Assembly: GCF_036321535.1 (NCBI RefSeq)
Contig: NC_087451.1
Coordinates: 19,654,001 to 19,718,000, forward strand
From: Camelus dromedarius
Taxonomy: Eukaryota
DNA length: 64,000 nucleotides
Reading direction: 5' to 3'
Both the position numbers and the translations under genes were made by a program. The notes beneath the pieces are model-generated. The model did not search any database. It worked only from the letters and a program-made list of their open reading frames with translations, and had not been told where the DNA came from. Below are positions 11,643-22,132 of the stretch, piece after piece. The first letter of the stretch is position 1. Every line of letters begins with the position of its first letter.

Positions 11643-11716
11643 GGCCGGTTAGCTCAGTTGGTTAGAGCGTGGTGCTAATAACGCTAAGGTCGCGGGTTCG
11701 ATCCCCGTACGGGCCA
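11643..11716 (+). tRNA. tRNA-Ile(AAT)
   Basis: GGCCGGTTAGCTCAGTTGG...CTAATAA...GTTCGATCCCCGTACGGGCCA, 74 nt; the anticodon stem has an extra G:U pair (CGCTA). Confidence 0.97.
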
Positions 11717-12414
11717 GGTACTTAGGTTTTCTAAGATTCTGTACTGACTATTTCTTGTTACTTGGTAAGTCTCGTGAAGCAACATTACCAATCCCAGAAC
11801 TTTTCCCACCCTAAAGAGAAACGTGTTTAAATTTAGTCCAGAGTGCTAGTGTGTTGAGGGGGAGGAGGAAAGTGTAAGGAAACTGGATCTCTTCCCGTGA
11901 CCTCTGTTTTCTATATCTCCTGACTACAACACAGGGCTCCTAGAATTTCCTATGTGCCTTGTAAACAGAAGGCTGACAGGTATTGGAACAAAGATTGTCT
12001 CAGACCATGCATATGGCACTGATCAACAGAGTGTGGGAAATGGGGTCAGGAATGGAGCTAACAAGTGTTTCCAGTCTTCCTCTAGAGCCAAAATGTCCAG
12101 TTTTCCCAGTCCCTGCCTGTCCACTTCAGGAACTGAGAAGAACCCCTTCCCCTTTCTCTTCTGGAGCACCTTGCTTCCTACTCTGCTTTTACTGGATCTC
12201 TGAGCCCATATCTGTGTCTTGTATTTCCCCTCAGATCTGCCGCTTAGGGGCAGGAACCATATCCTTCCCTACGTAGCCTGGAAATCCCACGCTACTCCCA
12301 GCACTGGCCTCAAGAGAACTCCACGAAAAAGACCGACCCTTATTCCCATTCCTTTGGCTCATCAATCCCTGTAACCCCACACAGACACAGCCTCAGCCTT
12401 AGCAGCAGCAGCAC

Positions 12415-12420
12415 TTTAAT
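12415..12420 (-). terminator. Candidate polyadenylation signal of BORCS6
   Basis: ATTAAA on the minus strand about 680 nt after the stop codon. Confidence 0.5.
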
Positions 12421-13100
12421 TCCACAAAAACTCAAAGTCAAAACTGATTAGAACACTCCACAACAGGTGGGCTTCAAAACCAGCAACAATTCTATCTGAA
12501 CCCTGAGAGCAGTGAGACCCCTCCCAACTCATCCCCTCTACCGTGCAATACATTCCTTCTTGCTCCACCCTGGTTATGGCTGGGGAAGTAGGATGGTAGG
12601 GGGCCAGAGGGCAGAAGCAGGAGGTTAACCATCTACAAGCATGCATCCTTGTCTGTATGGTATGCGGTCAAGGACCACTCAAGCTCCCATAGCCCCTGTC
12701 ACCTGAGATGTGACCACTGGAGGTCAGGGTGGCCACAGTGGGGGCTGGTGCCTCCTCTGTTCTCCTTTCTTGATCACATATAGCAGTCAGGTCTCCCAAG
12801 CCCAGACCAAAAGCCCTGGGTTCCCAGAGATGGTGCTCTAACTAGGGAAGAGAGTTGGGAGAACAAGGTAGCTGCAGATGGCCAACTGAACAGAAGCAGA
12901 TCATCATTCCCTCCCACCAGGAGAGACTTTAGAACTTGCCCATATACACCTGCATAAGGCCCAGCGAGTGGTCGCAGGCCTGCTAAATGCATCCAGAAGA
13001 GCCTCCAATATCTAGGTCTCCCCTCAGTGGGCAGGTCCCACTAGGGCTCCTTAGGATCCTGCTGGTCCCTGGCCTTGCCAGGCCTCTCCTGACCTCCTGG

Positions 13101-14165
13101 TCACTTGCACAGGGCTTCCAACACCTCCAGGGTGCGTCGGATATCCCGGACTTGGCGCGCCAGCCCCTGAACCGGCTGCAGAGCCCGCTCCAGCTCCTCG
13201 CAGCGAGCCAGCAGGGTGTACATGCCCTTGATACTCATGTCCACAGCTTCGCCTAGGGAGTCCACGGCGTCGCGGTAGGTCTGGATGCAGCCCACGCTTA
13301 GCGCTGTCAGCTCCTGCACCGCGCCACCCAGCCCGCGAAGCAGTCGGTCTACCCTGCAGCCCAGCTCCCGACTCAGCCGCTCCAGGTCCCGCAGTACGTC
13401 GGGGTCGATGGGAGGGATGGCCGGAGTGGGTGCGGGCGCTGAACAAGGCCGAGCAGGGGCAGGCGGCGGAGGTTGAGGGGCGCCGCTCAGACGGATCTTG
13501 AGTTGCAGGTTGTTGGCGACGAAGTGGGTGAGGTCGCCATGGCGGCTCACCGTGCCCTCGAGCTCCAGGGGGCTGGAGATGGTGGCGCGCCGCCCGCCGC
13601 CTGCTCCAGACTCGGCACCCCCTGCGGACCCCGTGCCGCCGCCGCACGCCCCGCTCAGCCCGTCCAGGCTGCGGCTGTCCTGAAGGCGGCTGGAGAACGA
13701 GCGGCCAGTTCTGCCGGCTGCTGCCGTTTCCTCGTCGTCTTCCTTCTGCTCAACTTCCATCCCGCCGCCTCCAGGGCTCCCTCGACAGCAGACCCTCTCG
13801 GATACAGGCTTGTCCTCCGGCAGTTCAGGGTCCTTGCGCCGGGAAGACCCATGCGAGTCGTGCTCGGGACCCAGCACCCCCAGGCGGCTCCCCGCCCCAG
13901 ACGGCGTCCCTCCGCGGCCCGGCTTTTCCTCTGGAGCCTCCCATTCCGGCTGGTGGACGAAGCTGCAGCTCGAAGTCTTCGAGGACGCCCTAGGGTAGCG
14001 GCTTGAGCCCCCAACGTTCTCGGCCTCTTCCTCCCCGGACAGCCCGAGGCCTGAGGGCTTTTCAGAGGGCGTTCGGCCCGGCCCGCTGTCGAAAATCACG
14101 GTTTGCGGTTCCCCGGGAGCCAGAAAGTCCGCCTCGGGCCCAGGCGCCCCCCGGGACGACTCCAT
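13101..14165 (-). CDS. BORCS6: BLOC-1-related complex subunit 6 (lyspersin, C17orf59), single exon, 354 aa
   Basis: Uninterrupted ORF with the conserved C-terminus SSPLELEGTVSRHGDLTHFVANNLQLKIRLS...AVDMSIKGMYTLLARCEELERALQPVQGLARQVRDIRRTLEVLEALCK; CpG island; syntenic position. Confidence 0.97.
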   Translation of the reverse strand: MESSRGAPGPEADFLAPGEPQTVIFDSGPGRTPSEKPSGLGLSGEEEAENVGGSSRYPRASSKTSSCSFVHQPEWEAPEEKPGRGGTPSGAGSRLGVLGPEHDSHGSSRRKDPELPEDKPVSERVCCRGSPGGGGMEVEQKEDDEETAAAGRTGRSFSSRLQDSRSLDGLSGACGGGTGSAGGAESGAGGGRRATISSPLELEGTVSRHGDLTHFVANNLQLKIRLSGAPQPPPPAPARPCSAPAPTPAIPPIDPDVLRDLERLSRELGCRVDRLLRGLGGAVQELTALSVGCIQTYRDAVDSLGEAVDMSIKGMYTLLARCEELERALQPVQGLARQVRDIRRTLEVLEALCK

Positions 14166-14249
14166 ACTGCAGTTGGGGGCAGGAACCGAAGAATTGGTTC
14201 GCCCTGGCTGGGGAAGCGTTGGCTGCGCCTTTAAGGGGCGTTGTAGAGG

Positions 14250-14540
14250 TGCGCCAATTGGCCGCGGGCTGACAATGGTCAGGAAGGGAAGAGCACTTTG
14301 ATTGGTTGTGGCGACCAGGAAGTCCCAGAAGAAGATCTGTCATTGAACAACCAAACACACGTGAGCGCCAGCAGGGTGGAGAGAAGGAGAGACAGCGGCG
14401 CTCGTCGCCCCGCCCTTTTAAAAAGTTGTGGGGGTAGATCTTAAAGATGAAGAGCCTGTAATGATTAAGTCCTCTGGGGGCGGGGCTGAGGCTCTTTCCG
14501 CCCACAATTGTCACGCCCACAATTGTTGCTTAGCAAACGC
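14250..14540. promoter_or_regulatory. BORCS6 promoter region
   Basis: CCAAT boxes (about 14254 and 14300), TCACGTG E-box (14358-14364, minus strand), GC box GGGGCGGGG near 14477, CpG-rich. Confidence 0.6.
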
Positions 14541-15782
14541 TTCTAGTGGGACCAAATCCGGGGTTCCTAAGAGAGATTCCTGGCATATAAGTAGTATATC
14601 CTCCCTGGACAGTCGGGATGGAATCGCATCTAGTTGGTCAGGAAAGATGAAACCAGAATTCTCAGCAGAGCATGAATGGTCATTCCATCGTCCTCGGCTA
14701 AAAGACCTAGCCGATGAACTGCCCAGAGCGACGCACAGTGGAGAGCAATTACAGGCTTTCCTGTCCGTTTGCCACTCTGTTCTCTGTCTCCTGACCCCTC
14801 CAGGTTTGAATCTCTCCCCTGGAGGATGGTGTGTGATTTTGCCACTAGGTAAAATAGTCAATAAATGAGTGGCCCTTTAGGTTAGAGCTGTGGTACCATT
14901 CTGATCTCATCTCTTCTTTCTCTTCACCTCACTGGTCCTGCTGGAGCCACACTGGCCTCCTTACTGTTCCTCTGACAAGACAGACATGCTCTTGCCTCAC
15001 AGATTTACACTTGCTCTTGCAACACCCCCTCCTCCCTGCCCCTCTCTTCTTTGAGGCTGGGTCTACCAAGAAAAAATTTCAACTTTGATATTCCTCCTTC
15101 CCTTCTCTACTCAGGTCCTTATTCAATTGTTATCTTTTCAGTGAGGCCTCCCCTTACAATCTGTTTAAAATTGCAACCACTTTCTCCAGCAATTCCCCAC
15201 TTTCCTTCCCTGCCTTTTCTTCATAACACTTACCACCATCTGACATACATGTATTTTGCTTACTTGCCCAAGTCAGCTCCATGAAGGTAATGCTTTTTGT
15301 CTGTTTTGTTCTTATCTGTAGCCCCAGCGCTTAGAACACTGCCTAGCATACAGTAGGTGCTCAATAAATATTTATTAAGTAAATGACCCCAAGCTGTTAA
15401 TTTCCCCTTTTTGACTTGAACTCATTCAAGCTGTGTTTCTGTCACTTGCACCCAGAACCCTGTCTAATACACCGTGAGGCCAACGGTCTAATCTAAACTT
15501 CTCCCCAGTCTCTGGGACTGATGCCCCTTGCCTTCCTTTTACCCCTCGGCAGATGGAAGCTCTTTATTCAGCAAGTGACAGAAACAAGTTGAATCAACAA
15601 AAACAAACAGAAAACCCAAGGGGAATTTATTATGTCATGCAATAACGGTCTTAAGACATCAGAGAAGCCTGCATTTAGTACCCTAAGGCTATCATGAAGG
15701 GCCTGATTTCTTTCTGTGGTTTCCCAAGTGGGCTTCCTCATGGTGGCAAAATGGCTGTCATTTGTCATTCTTTGGGGATTAT

Positions 15783-16022
15783 AGTAGTCTACTTGGGCTG
15801 CTATAACAAAATACCATAAATTGAGTGTCTTATACACCAGACATTTTTTTTCTCCCAGTTCTGGGAGCTGGAAGTCCAAGGTGCCAGCTGATTCAGCTCC
15901 TAGTGAGGTCCCTCTTCCTGGCTAGCCACCTTCTTGATGTTTCCTCATACAGTGGGGAGAGAGCTAGCTCTCAGGCCTTTTCTAATGACACTAATCCCAT
16001 CATGAGGACCCCACCCTTATGA
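15783..16022 (-). mobile_element. MLT1 (MaLR) LTR fragment
   Basis: GGGCTGCTATAACAAAATACCATAAA...GGAAGTCCAAG...CACTAATCCCATCATGAGG typical of MLT1. Confidence 0.7.
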
Positions 16023-16374
16023 AACCACAAACCCTGGATGATATACTCCCACACTTTCCAGAAGGGGAGGAAAGAGTATCTTGCATTAGACCTCACAGAA
16101 TAACAAAGATGCATCTTTCCCAAGATCCCCAGTTAATCCTCCTTCATATTGGGTTAAACTGGTTCACATGCCCAATCTAGTCACCTCGGCAGGGGTGATA
16201 TGTCTGATTGACTTAGGACTGGGTATCTGGAAGCAATCACTCTGGCAAGGTGATAAGAATGGACTGATTAGGTTTAAAAACTTATGCTCCTCCTGGAGCA
16301 ATTCCCTCCAAACTCAAGTAGCTGCAACAAAATGGGAAAGGGAGGAGGGGCTGTGACCACAGTGTCCACTACAT

Positions 16375-16640
16375 TAGGGGTCAGCAAAATATGGCCCATG
16401 GGCCAAATCCAGCTCCCCCTGTTTTTTTATGGCCTGTGAGCTAAGGATCTTTTTTTTACATTTTTTTAGTGGTTGAAAAATAACCTACAGAATATGAAAA
16501 TTCATGTAATTTTATAAGAAATTCAAATTTCAAAGTCCATAAAGTTTTGCTGGGATACAGCCATGTTCACTCATTTATGTGCTGTTGAAGGGCTCACTCT
16601 TCCTGCAACTAGGGACAAGTGTCTTGTCAAAGGCCCATGT
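16375..16640. mobile_element. MER58-like hAT transposon
   Basis: AGGGGTCAGCAAAATATGGCCCATGGGCCAAATCCAGC start. Confidence 0.65.
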
Positions 16641-18539
16641 TTTCCCTGCTACCCCACGAATACACATATTTTTTGTTGCAAATTGTATAATTCCTATACA
16701 TGGGAATTTAGTATATGAAGAAAATGGCAAAGAAAATGGTAGCATTTTGAATTGATTTCTATAAATGGTATGAGATGAACTATTTGGACTAAAACAAAAA
16801 CAAAAACAAAAATCAATTACTTCATTCCTTTTGCCAAACAACAACAAAAAAAATTTTGATCAAAATTTTAAATAAAAAAGAGGAAAAATACTGAAAGAAC
16901 ACAGCAGTGAATTAAAAAAAAAAAAAGCTTGGGGTGATGGAGGTTTTTTAAAGACTAAAATCAGATACCATAAGTAAATAAAAGGTAGACTTGCAACATA
17001 AAACTTCAGCACTTCAACATAGAAAAACCACCCTAAACCATGTTAAAAGACAAATTACAGAAAAAATAAATATATTGGCATAGTGTAATGGCAAATTGTT
17101 AATATCACTTGATCTTACAAGTAAGTTAGCAAAAGACACAATTAATAGAAAAATGGCCAAGGACTCCAGGGTTAGTTAATTCAGCAGCTCAACAAAATCA
17201 TCAAGGACCTAGGCTCTTTCTATCTTTATGCTCTTTTACCCTCAGTCTGCAGATTTGTCTTCACCTCTGCTCTCCTCGTGAGCACAAAATGGCTGCCCAC
17301 ATCCAGTTATCTCAGGAAGAATTGAACTGATTTCACTGTGGTATTAGAGGTCAGCAGATCATAATCACCCAGTTCTGTTTCAAACCACATCATTAGGAGA
17401 CAATCTGTGAAACTAGAATAGCTCTTCCAACTATTAAACTCATTCATTCACAACATCAGTGAGGTACACAAAATATAAAACTTCTATTATAAAAGAATCA
17501 TGCCACAGACACACCAGAAAGGGTTTGTAACACTGCAGAGCTCAATAGATATAGAGGCCTTGGGAGAATGTGGCTTTCTCCAAAGGGCTGCCCCACCCTC
17601 TCTCCTTTCAACCTATCCCAAATTTCAAAAGCTGCTTGCTTGAGGACAGGTGATGTGTGAGAATTGGTCTTCTTGTTAAAAATTTCATTTTCCATTCCTT
17701 TGGAAAACCCTTTTAGGTCCTGTATGTCTTTTTTTTTTTTTTTAAGCCATTCTAATAAGTGTGTGGTAATATCTCATTATGGTTTCCATTTGCATTCCCT
17801 AATAAAATAATGATGTTGAACGTCTTTTCATGTTTACTTGCTATCTATATATGTTCTTTGGGGGATGTACGCCCACTTATATGTCACTTTCTATTTTACA
17901 TATCTTGTAAACTACTTTAAATCCTTTCTAGAATGAGACTATATTTTAAAATGCTATTTGTACCCATGTACCTTACTGCATGTGGGAATAGACCATGTCA
18001 TAGGTCAGGAAGGATTTTTATTTCCATCTTAAAGGCTCATTAAAAATTAAAACAATTTGGCCAAGGTCACGTGGCTAGTAAACTGTGGAGAATGAACTAG
18101 AACTTAGGTGTGCTGACCGACAGTGTACGCTCCATTCCTCCATAGAGCCCTCCCCACCCTGCAATGCCATGATGGGGAGAGGGGCAGGTCACCGGCCCCA
18201 GTCTCATCAGTGCCCACATCACTCCATGGAAATGCAGATGGCCTTTCGAGAGAGGATTATCTGCCAGCCTGTCAGGACACAACCAGATCCCCCTGGGAAG
18301 AAGAGAGGTAGCTTTTCATTTATCCTCTTTTCTGTCATTATCTTTTCAGTAGGAAGGTGAGGTGATCAAGTACCCAAAGTGAATGAATGTCGCAGTCAGC
18401 TATCTTAACATTACATTAAGGGGGTGGCTCTTCATGTGGATACTTGGAATTTTTTGTGAGATAATGCCTCTTAGAAAAGTCTCTGAGGGGACCAGCACAG
18501 GTCACTAACAAAGGTCTGATCACAGATCGCTGGCTTCCC

Positions 18540-20150
18540 ATTACTCAAAATAGGCTGGGCAGTGGCATTCTAGACAGGAAGAGCAAGTGCAAAGTCCCTG
18601 AGGTGGAAACAAAGTTGGCACATTCAAGAAACAGAGAGGAGAGGGCTTGAGTGATGGAAGGGGAAGAGCCGAGGTTTCAGCCAGGCCAATTAAATCTGAA
18701 TTTCTTCGGGTGAGGTCTGGGAGTCCTGATTTCTTTTTACTTATTGTTTTAAATGGAGGTACTAGGGAGTGAACCCAGGACCACGTGCACACTAAGCACA
18801 CACTCTGCCACTGAGCTATACTGTCTCCCTTGATCTCTTTAAGCCCTCCTGGTGATTCTGATGCGTAGCCAGGGTTGACACCAGCAGCGGACCTTGCCAT
18901 GGTCAGGAGTTTGGGTTTTATTCTAAGTGTGCTTGAGAACCAAAGGAGGGTTTTGAACAGGGGAATGACATGCTCTATCTTCTGCTATGTGCAGGAGGGA
19001 CTGTAGGGGCCATGAAGATGTGGGGAGAGCAATTAGGAGGCTATTGCCATTGTCCAGGCCAGAAAGGATGGTGCCCTGAACTAGCATGAGAGCAAAGGTG
19101 CTGTGTGTTAAGGTAGGAGGGGACTGAGACTCAGTGGGTCTGACAGGCAGTAGGAAGGATGGGGTTGGCCGAGGAGAAATGGGAGAAACCAGCAATGATT
19201 CCCAGGTTTTTGGCTTCAGCAGCTGGGTGATTGATGGTACTATTGACTGAGATGAAGAATATGTTTTTGGGGGGGCGGAGGTCGTGAATGGAGAATACTG
19301 TTTTAGCTTTGAGAAGCCTTCTAGACACATTAAGTAGGGATTGCAAGAATATGAGTCTCGGGCTTGGTGGCGATGTTGAGGTGAGAGATATGAATGTGGA
19401 AGTTGTGTTTAAAGCCATGGGATGGAAAGAGACCAAAGAGTGTAGAGGCAAGAGAGAATCCAGCACAGAACCCCTTGGGGTCCGCCATCAGGTCTCAAAG
19501 AGGGGCCCAGCTTAAGAAACGTAGCTGGTCCAGTAGAAAAATGAAGACAGTGTAGTACCAAGGTGGCAGGCAGGGAGATGGGTGTTTCTAGAAGAGAAAA
19601 GTCACTTGTGTTAAGTGTGTTTGGGAGGCGGGGTCAGAGAAGGGCTCATTGGATTTGGCTAGAGGAGGTTTGGCTGCTGCGGGCAAGGGTGGTGGGGGGA
19701 CACAGGCCACAGTAAATGAGAGGAGAGGAAGTCAGTGTAGACAGTAGGTGTAGACAATATGCTTGAGAAATTTTGCTGTGAGGGGAGCAAAGAAGTTAAC
19801 AGGAGAGATAGTAGGAGATGGGTGAGGGGTTCAAGATACTAGATTTTTGTATGGTGATGAGATTGGTCCAGCAAAAAAAGGACATATTAATAATTGATAA
19901 GAGAAAAGGAACAATTGTTAGAATGAACTTGTTGAATGGCTGGAGGACTGAGTCCAGGGCATACCTGAAGGGGCCAGCTCTGATGGGACCAGGACTTCTT
20001 CCACTTGGCATTTGGGAGTGGGGGGCAGTTGACATGTAAAGAGAGCAACAGAAGCACGTGATTTGGAAATACATGGAAGATACCAAAAACAAAACAATAG
20101 TGAAAAGATTTGGAACACGCTGTCTCTTGGAAGAGAGAAATGGATAGGCT
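18540..20150 (-). mobile_element. L2 remnant interrupted by a MER5A-like element and a SINE
   Basis: Purine-rich antisense L2 text (AGGAGGCTATTGCCATTGTCCAGG, GATGGTACTATTGACTGAGATG); MER5A-like GGTGATTCTGATGCGTAGCCAGGGTTG near 18850. Confidence 0.6.
18730..18830 (-). mobile_element. Vic-1-type SINE
   Basis: Reverse complement GTATAGCTCAGTGGCAGAG...GGTTCACTCCCTAGTACCTCCA with A-rich tail. Confidence 0.8.
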
Positions 20151-20164
20151 GTGTATACACACAC

Positions 20165-20837
20165 ACACACACACATATATCCAGAGAAAACTCTGGAGAT
20201 ATACATATATACACACACATATACACACACACATATATCCAGAGAAAACTCTAATTTGAAAAGACATGCACCCCAATGTTTGTAACAGCACTATTTACAA
20301 TAGCCAAGACATGGAAGCAACCTAAATGTTCATTGACAGATGGTTGGATAAAGAAGTCGTGGTATATTTATACAGTGGAATACTACTCAGCCATAAAAAA
20401 GAATGAGATGCCATTTGTAGCAACATGGATGGACTTAGAGATTATCATACTAAGTAAAATAAACCAGAAAGAGAAAGACAAATACCATATAATATCACTT
20501 ACATGTGGAATCTAAAAAATGACACAAATGAACTTATTTACAAAACAGAAACAGACTCACAGACATAGAAAACAATCTTATGGTTACTAGAGGGAGAAAG
20601 GGTGGGGAGGGACAAATTGGGAGTTTGGCTTTTGCAGATACAAACTACTGCATATAAAATAGATAAACAAGACCCTACTGTATATCACAGGGAACTATAT
20701 CCAATATCTTGTAGTAACCTATAATGAAAAAGAATAGGAAAAAGAATAGAAATGTGTGTATGTGTATAACTGAATCACCGTTCTGTACAGCAGAGACTAA
20801 TGCAGCATTATAAATCAACTATACTTTAAAAAAAAAA
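20165..20837 (+). mobile_element. 5'-truncated young L1
   Basis: L1 ORF2 C-terminus (MFVTALFTIAKTWKQPKC...WYIYTVEYYSAIKKNE), 3'UTR and polyA. Confidence 0.9.
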
Positions 20838-20856
20838 CCTTCTAACACTGTTCAGT

Positions 20857-21316
20857 TGTTTTATGGGCATGTGTAGTTTTGTGCATAGTAGGCACAAAAA
20901 AGGTATGTCTATGTCTTAACTCCTGAAACCATGAATGTGACTTTTTTTAGAAAAAGTGTCTTTGCAGATGTAATTAAGGATCGTGAGACAAGGTTATCCT
21001 GGATTATCCAGGTGAGCCTTAAATCAAATGACTAGTGTTCTTGTAAGACACAGAGGAGAGAAGAGGGGGTGTGTGAAGACAGAAGCAGAGATTGGAGTGA
21101 GGCAGCCACAGCCACAGGCCAAGAAGTGTCCAGAATCACCAGAAATGAGAAGAGGCAAGGGAGGATTTTTCTCTAGAGCCTTCCATGGGAGCACGGCACT
21201 GTGGACACTTTGATTTTGGACCTCTGGCATCTAGAACTATCAGAGAATAAATTTCTGTTGTTTTAAACCACCCAGTTTGTGGTGATTTGTTATGGCAGCC
21301 CTAGGAACTGAATACT
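20857..21316 (+). mobile_element. MLT1C-like MaLR LTR
   Basis: GTCTTTGCAGATGTAATTAAG...AGAATAAATTTCTGTTGTTTTAAACCACCCAGTTTGTGG...GGCAGCCCTAGGAAC. Confidence 0.75.
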
Positions 21317-22013
21317 GCATGTGTAACTGAGATAAAATAAAAATAAGAAAAGTTACTGATGTTCTTCACCCATTGCTTAAAAGAGCAAACAACCAACAGA
21401 GGCTGAAAATGCAGTAGATGAAAGTCAACACTATTCATGATACCAAAAAACCCAAACTCTTAGCCAACTAGGAAGAGATGAGGCCTTCCTTAACCTGATA
21501 AAGGACATTTAACAAAAACCTACGGCATCATACTTAGCAGTGAAACCATAGGTCATGAACAAGACACCATTAGTACTGCTTCTATTCCCTCTTGTGCTAG
21601 ATCCTCACCAGAGCAGAAAAGCAAACAAAAAAAGACAGCTTCGGGGTACAGCAATGTTCAGTTGCTCCTGGGACAGCAGGACTGAACCAGGAGAGACCAG
21701 AGGTCAGAAAATTGAGAGTAAGAAGCAAGAAAAGGCAGGCAGAGATGGCTGGCGTGCAGGCGTGGCAGAGTGAAGTCGGGGTCCCCAGCATCCCCAGGCC
21801 TGGGAAAGAAAGGATGTGGGGTTGTGGTGGCTCGGAGCTGACCGGGGAGGGGGGTGTCGGAGCTGAGGGGGGTGGTGCTCCTGGGGCAGTGATGCAGTGC
21901 TCATCCCGGCACCGAGCACAGGCATCTCCCCAGCCTCCTCCTCACAGGTGACGGCTTCCTCCAAGGCAGTCTCTACCTGTAAACATCTCCACTCAGTACA
22001 AAAAGCTTCAGCT

Positions 22014-22019
22014 TTTATT
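22014..22019 (-). terminator. AURKB polyadenylation signal
   Basis: AATAAA on the minus strand about 115 nt after the stop codon. Confidence 0.8.
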
Positions 22020-22132
22020 AAATAAAGAAGAGGTAGGAGACAGATACGGGAACAGGCCGGTGACCCCTCCTTCTAACTACATGTACACAGACATACAAAC
22101 ACAGACACACCTGAGGACATGACAAGGACAAC

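Noticed and set aside
13051-14272. Long overlapping ORFs in other frames and antisense to BORCS6 (198, 177, 119 aa)
   Set aside because: Shadow ORFs of a very GC-rich CDS; low-complexity Arg/Ala/Pro/Gly content and no recognisable homology.
10270-14380. Candidate CTCF motifs near tRNA cluster 1 and BORCS6
   Set aside because: All have two or more mismatches to the core; they cannot be supported without a PWM scan or ChIP.
19796-20515. Several 100-144 aa ORFs
   Set aside because: They derive from an L2 remnant, (CA/TA)n microsatellite and L1 ORF2 tail.
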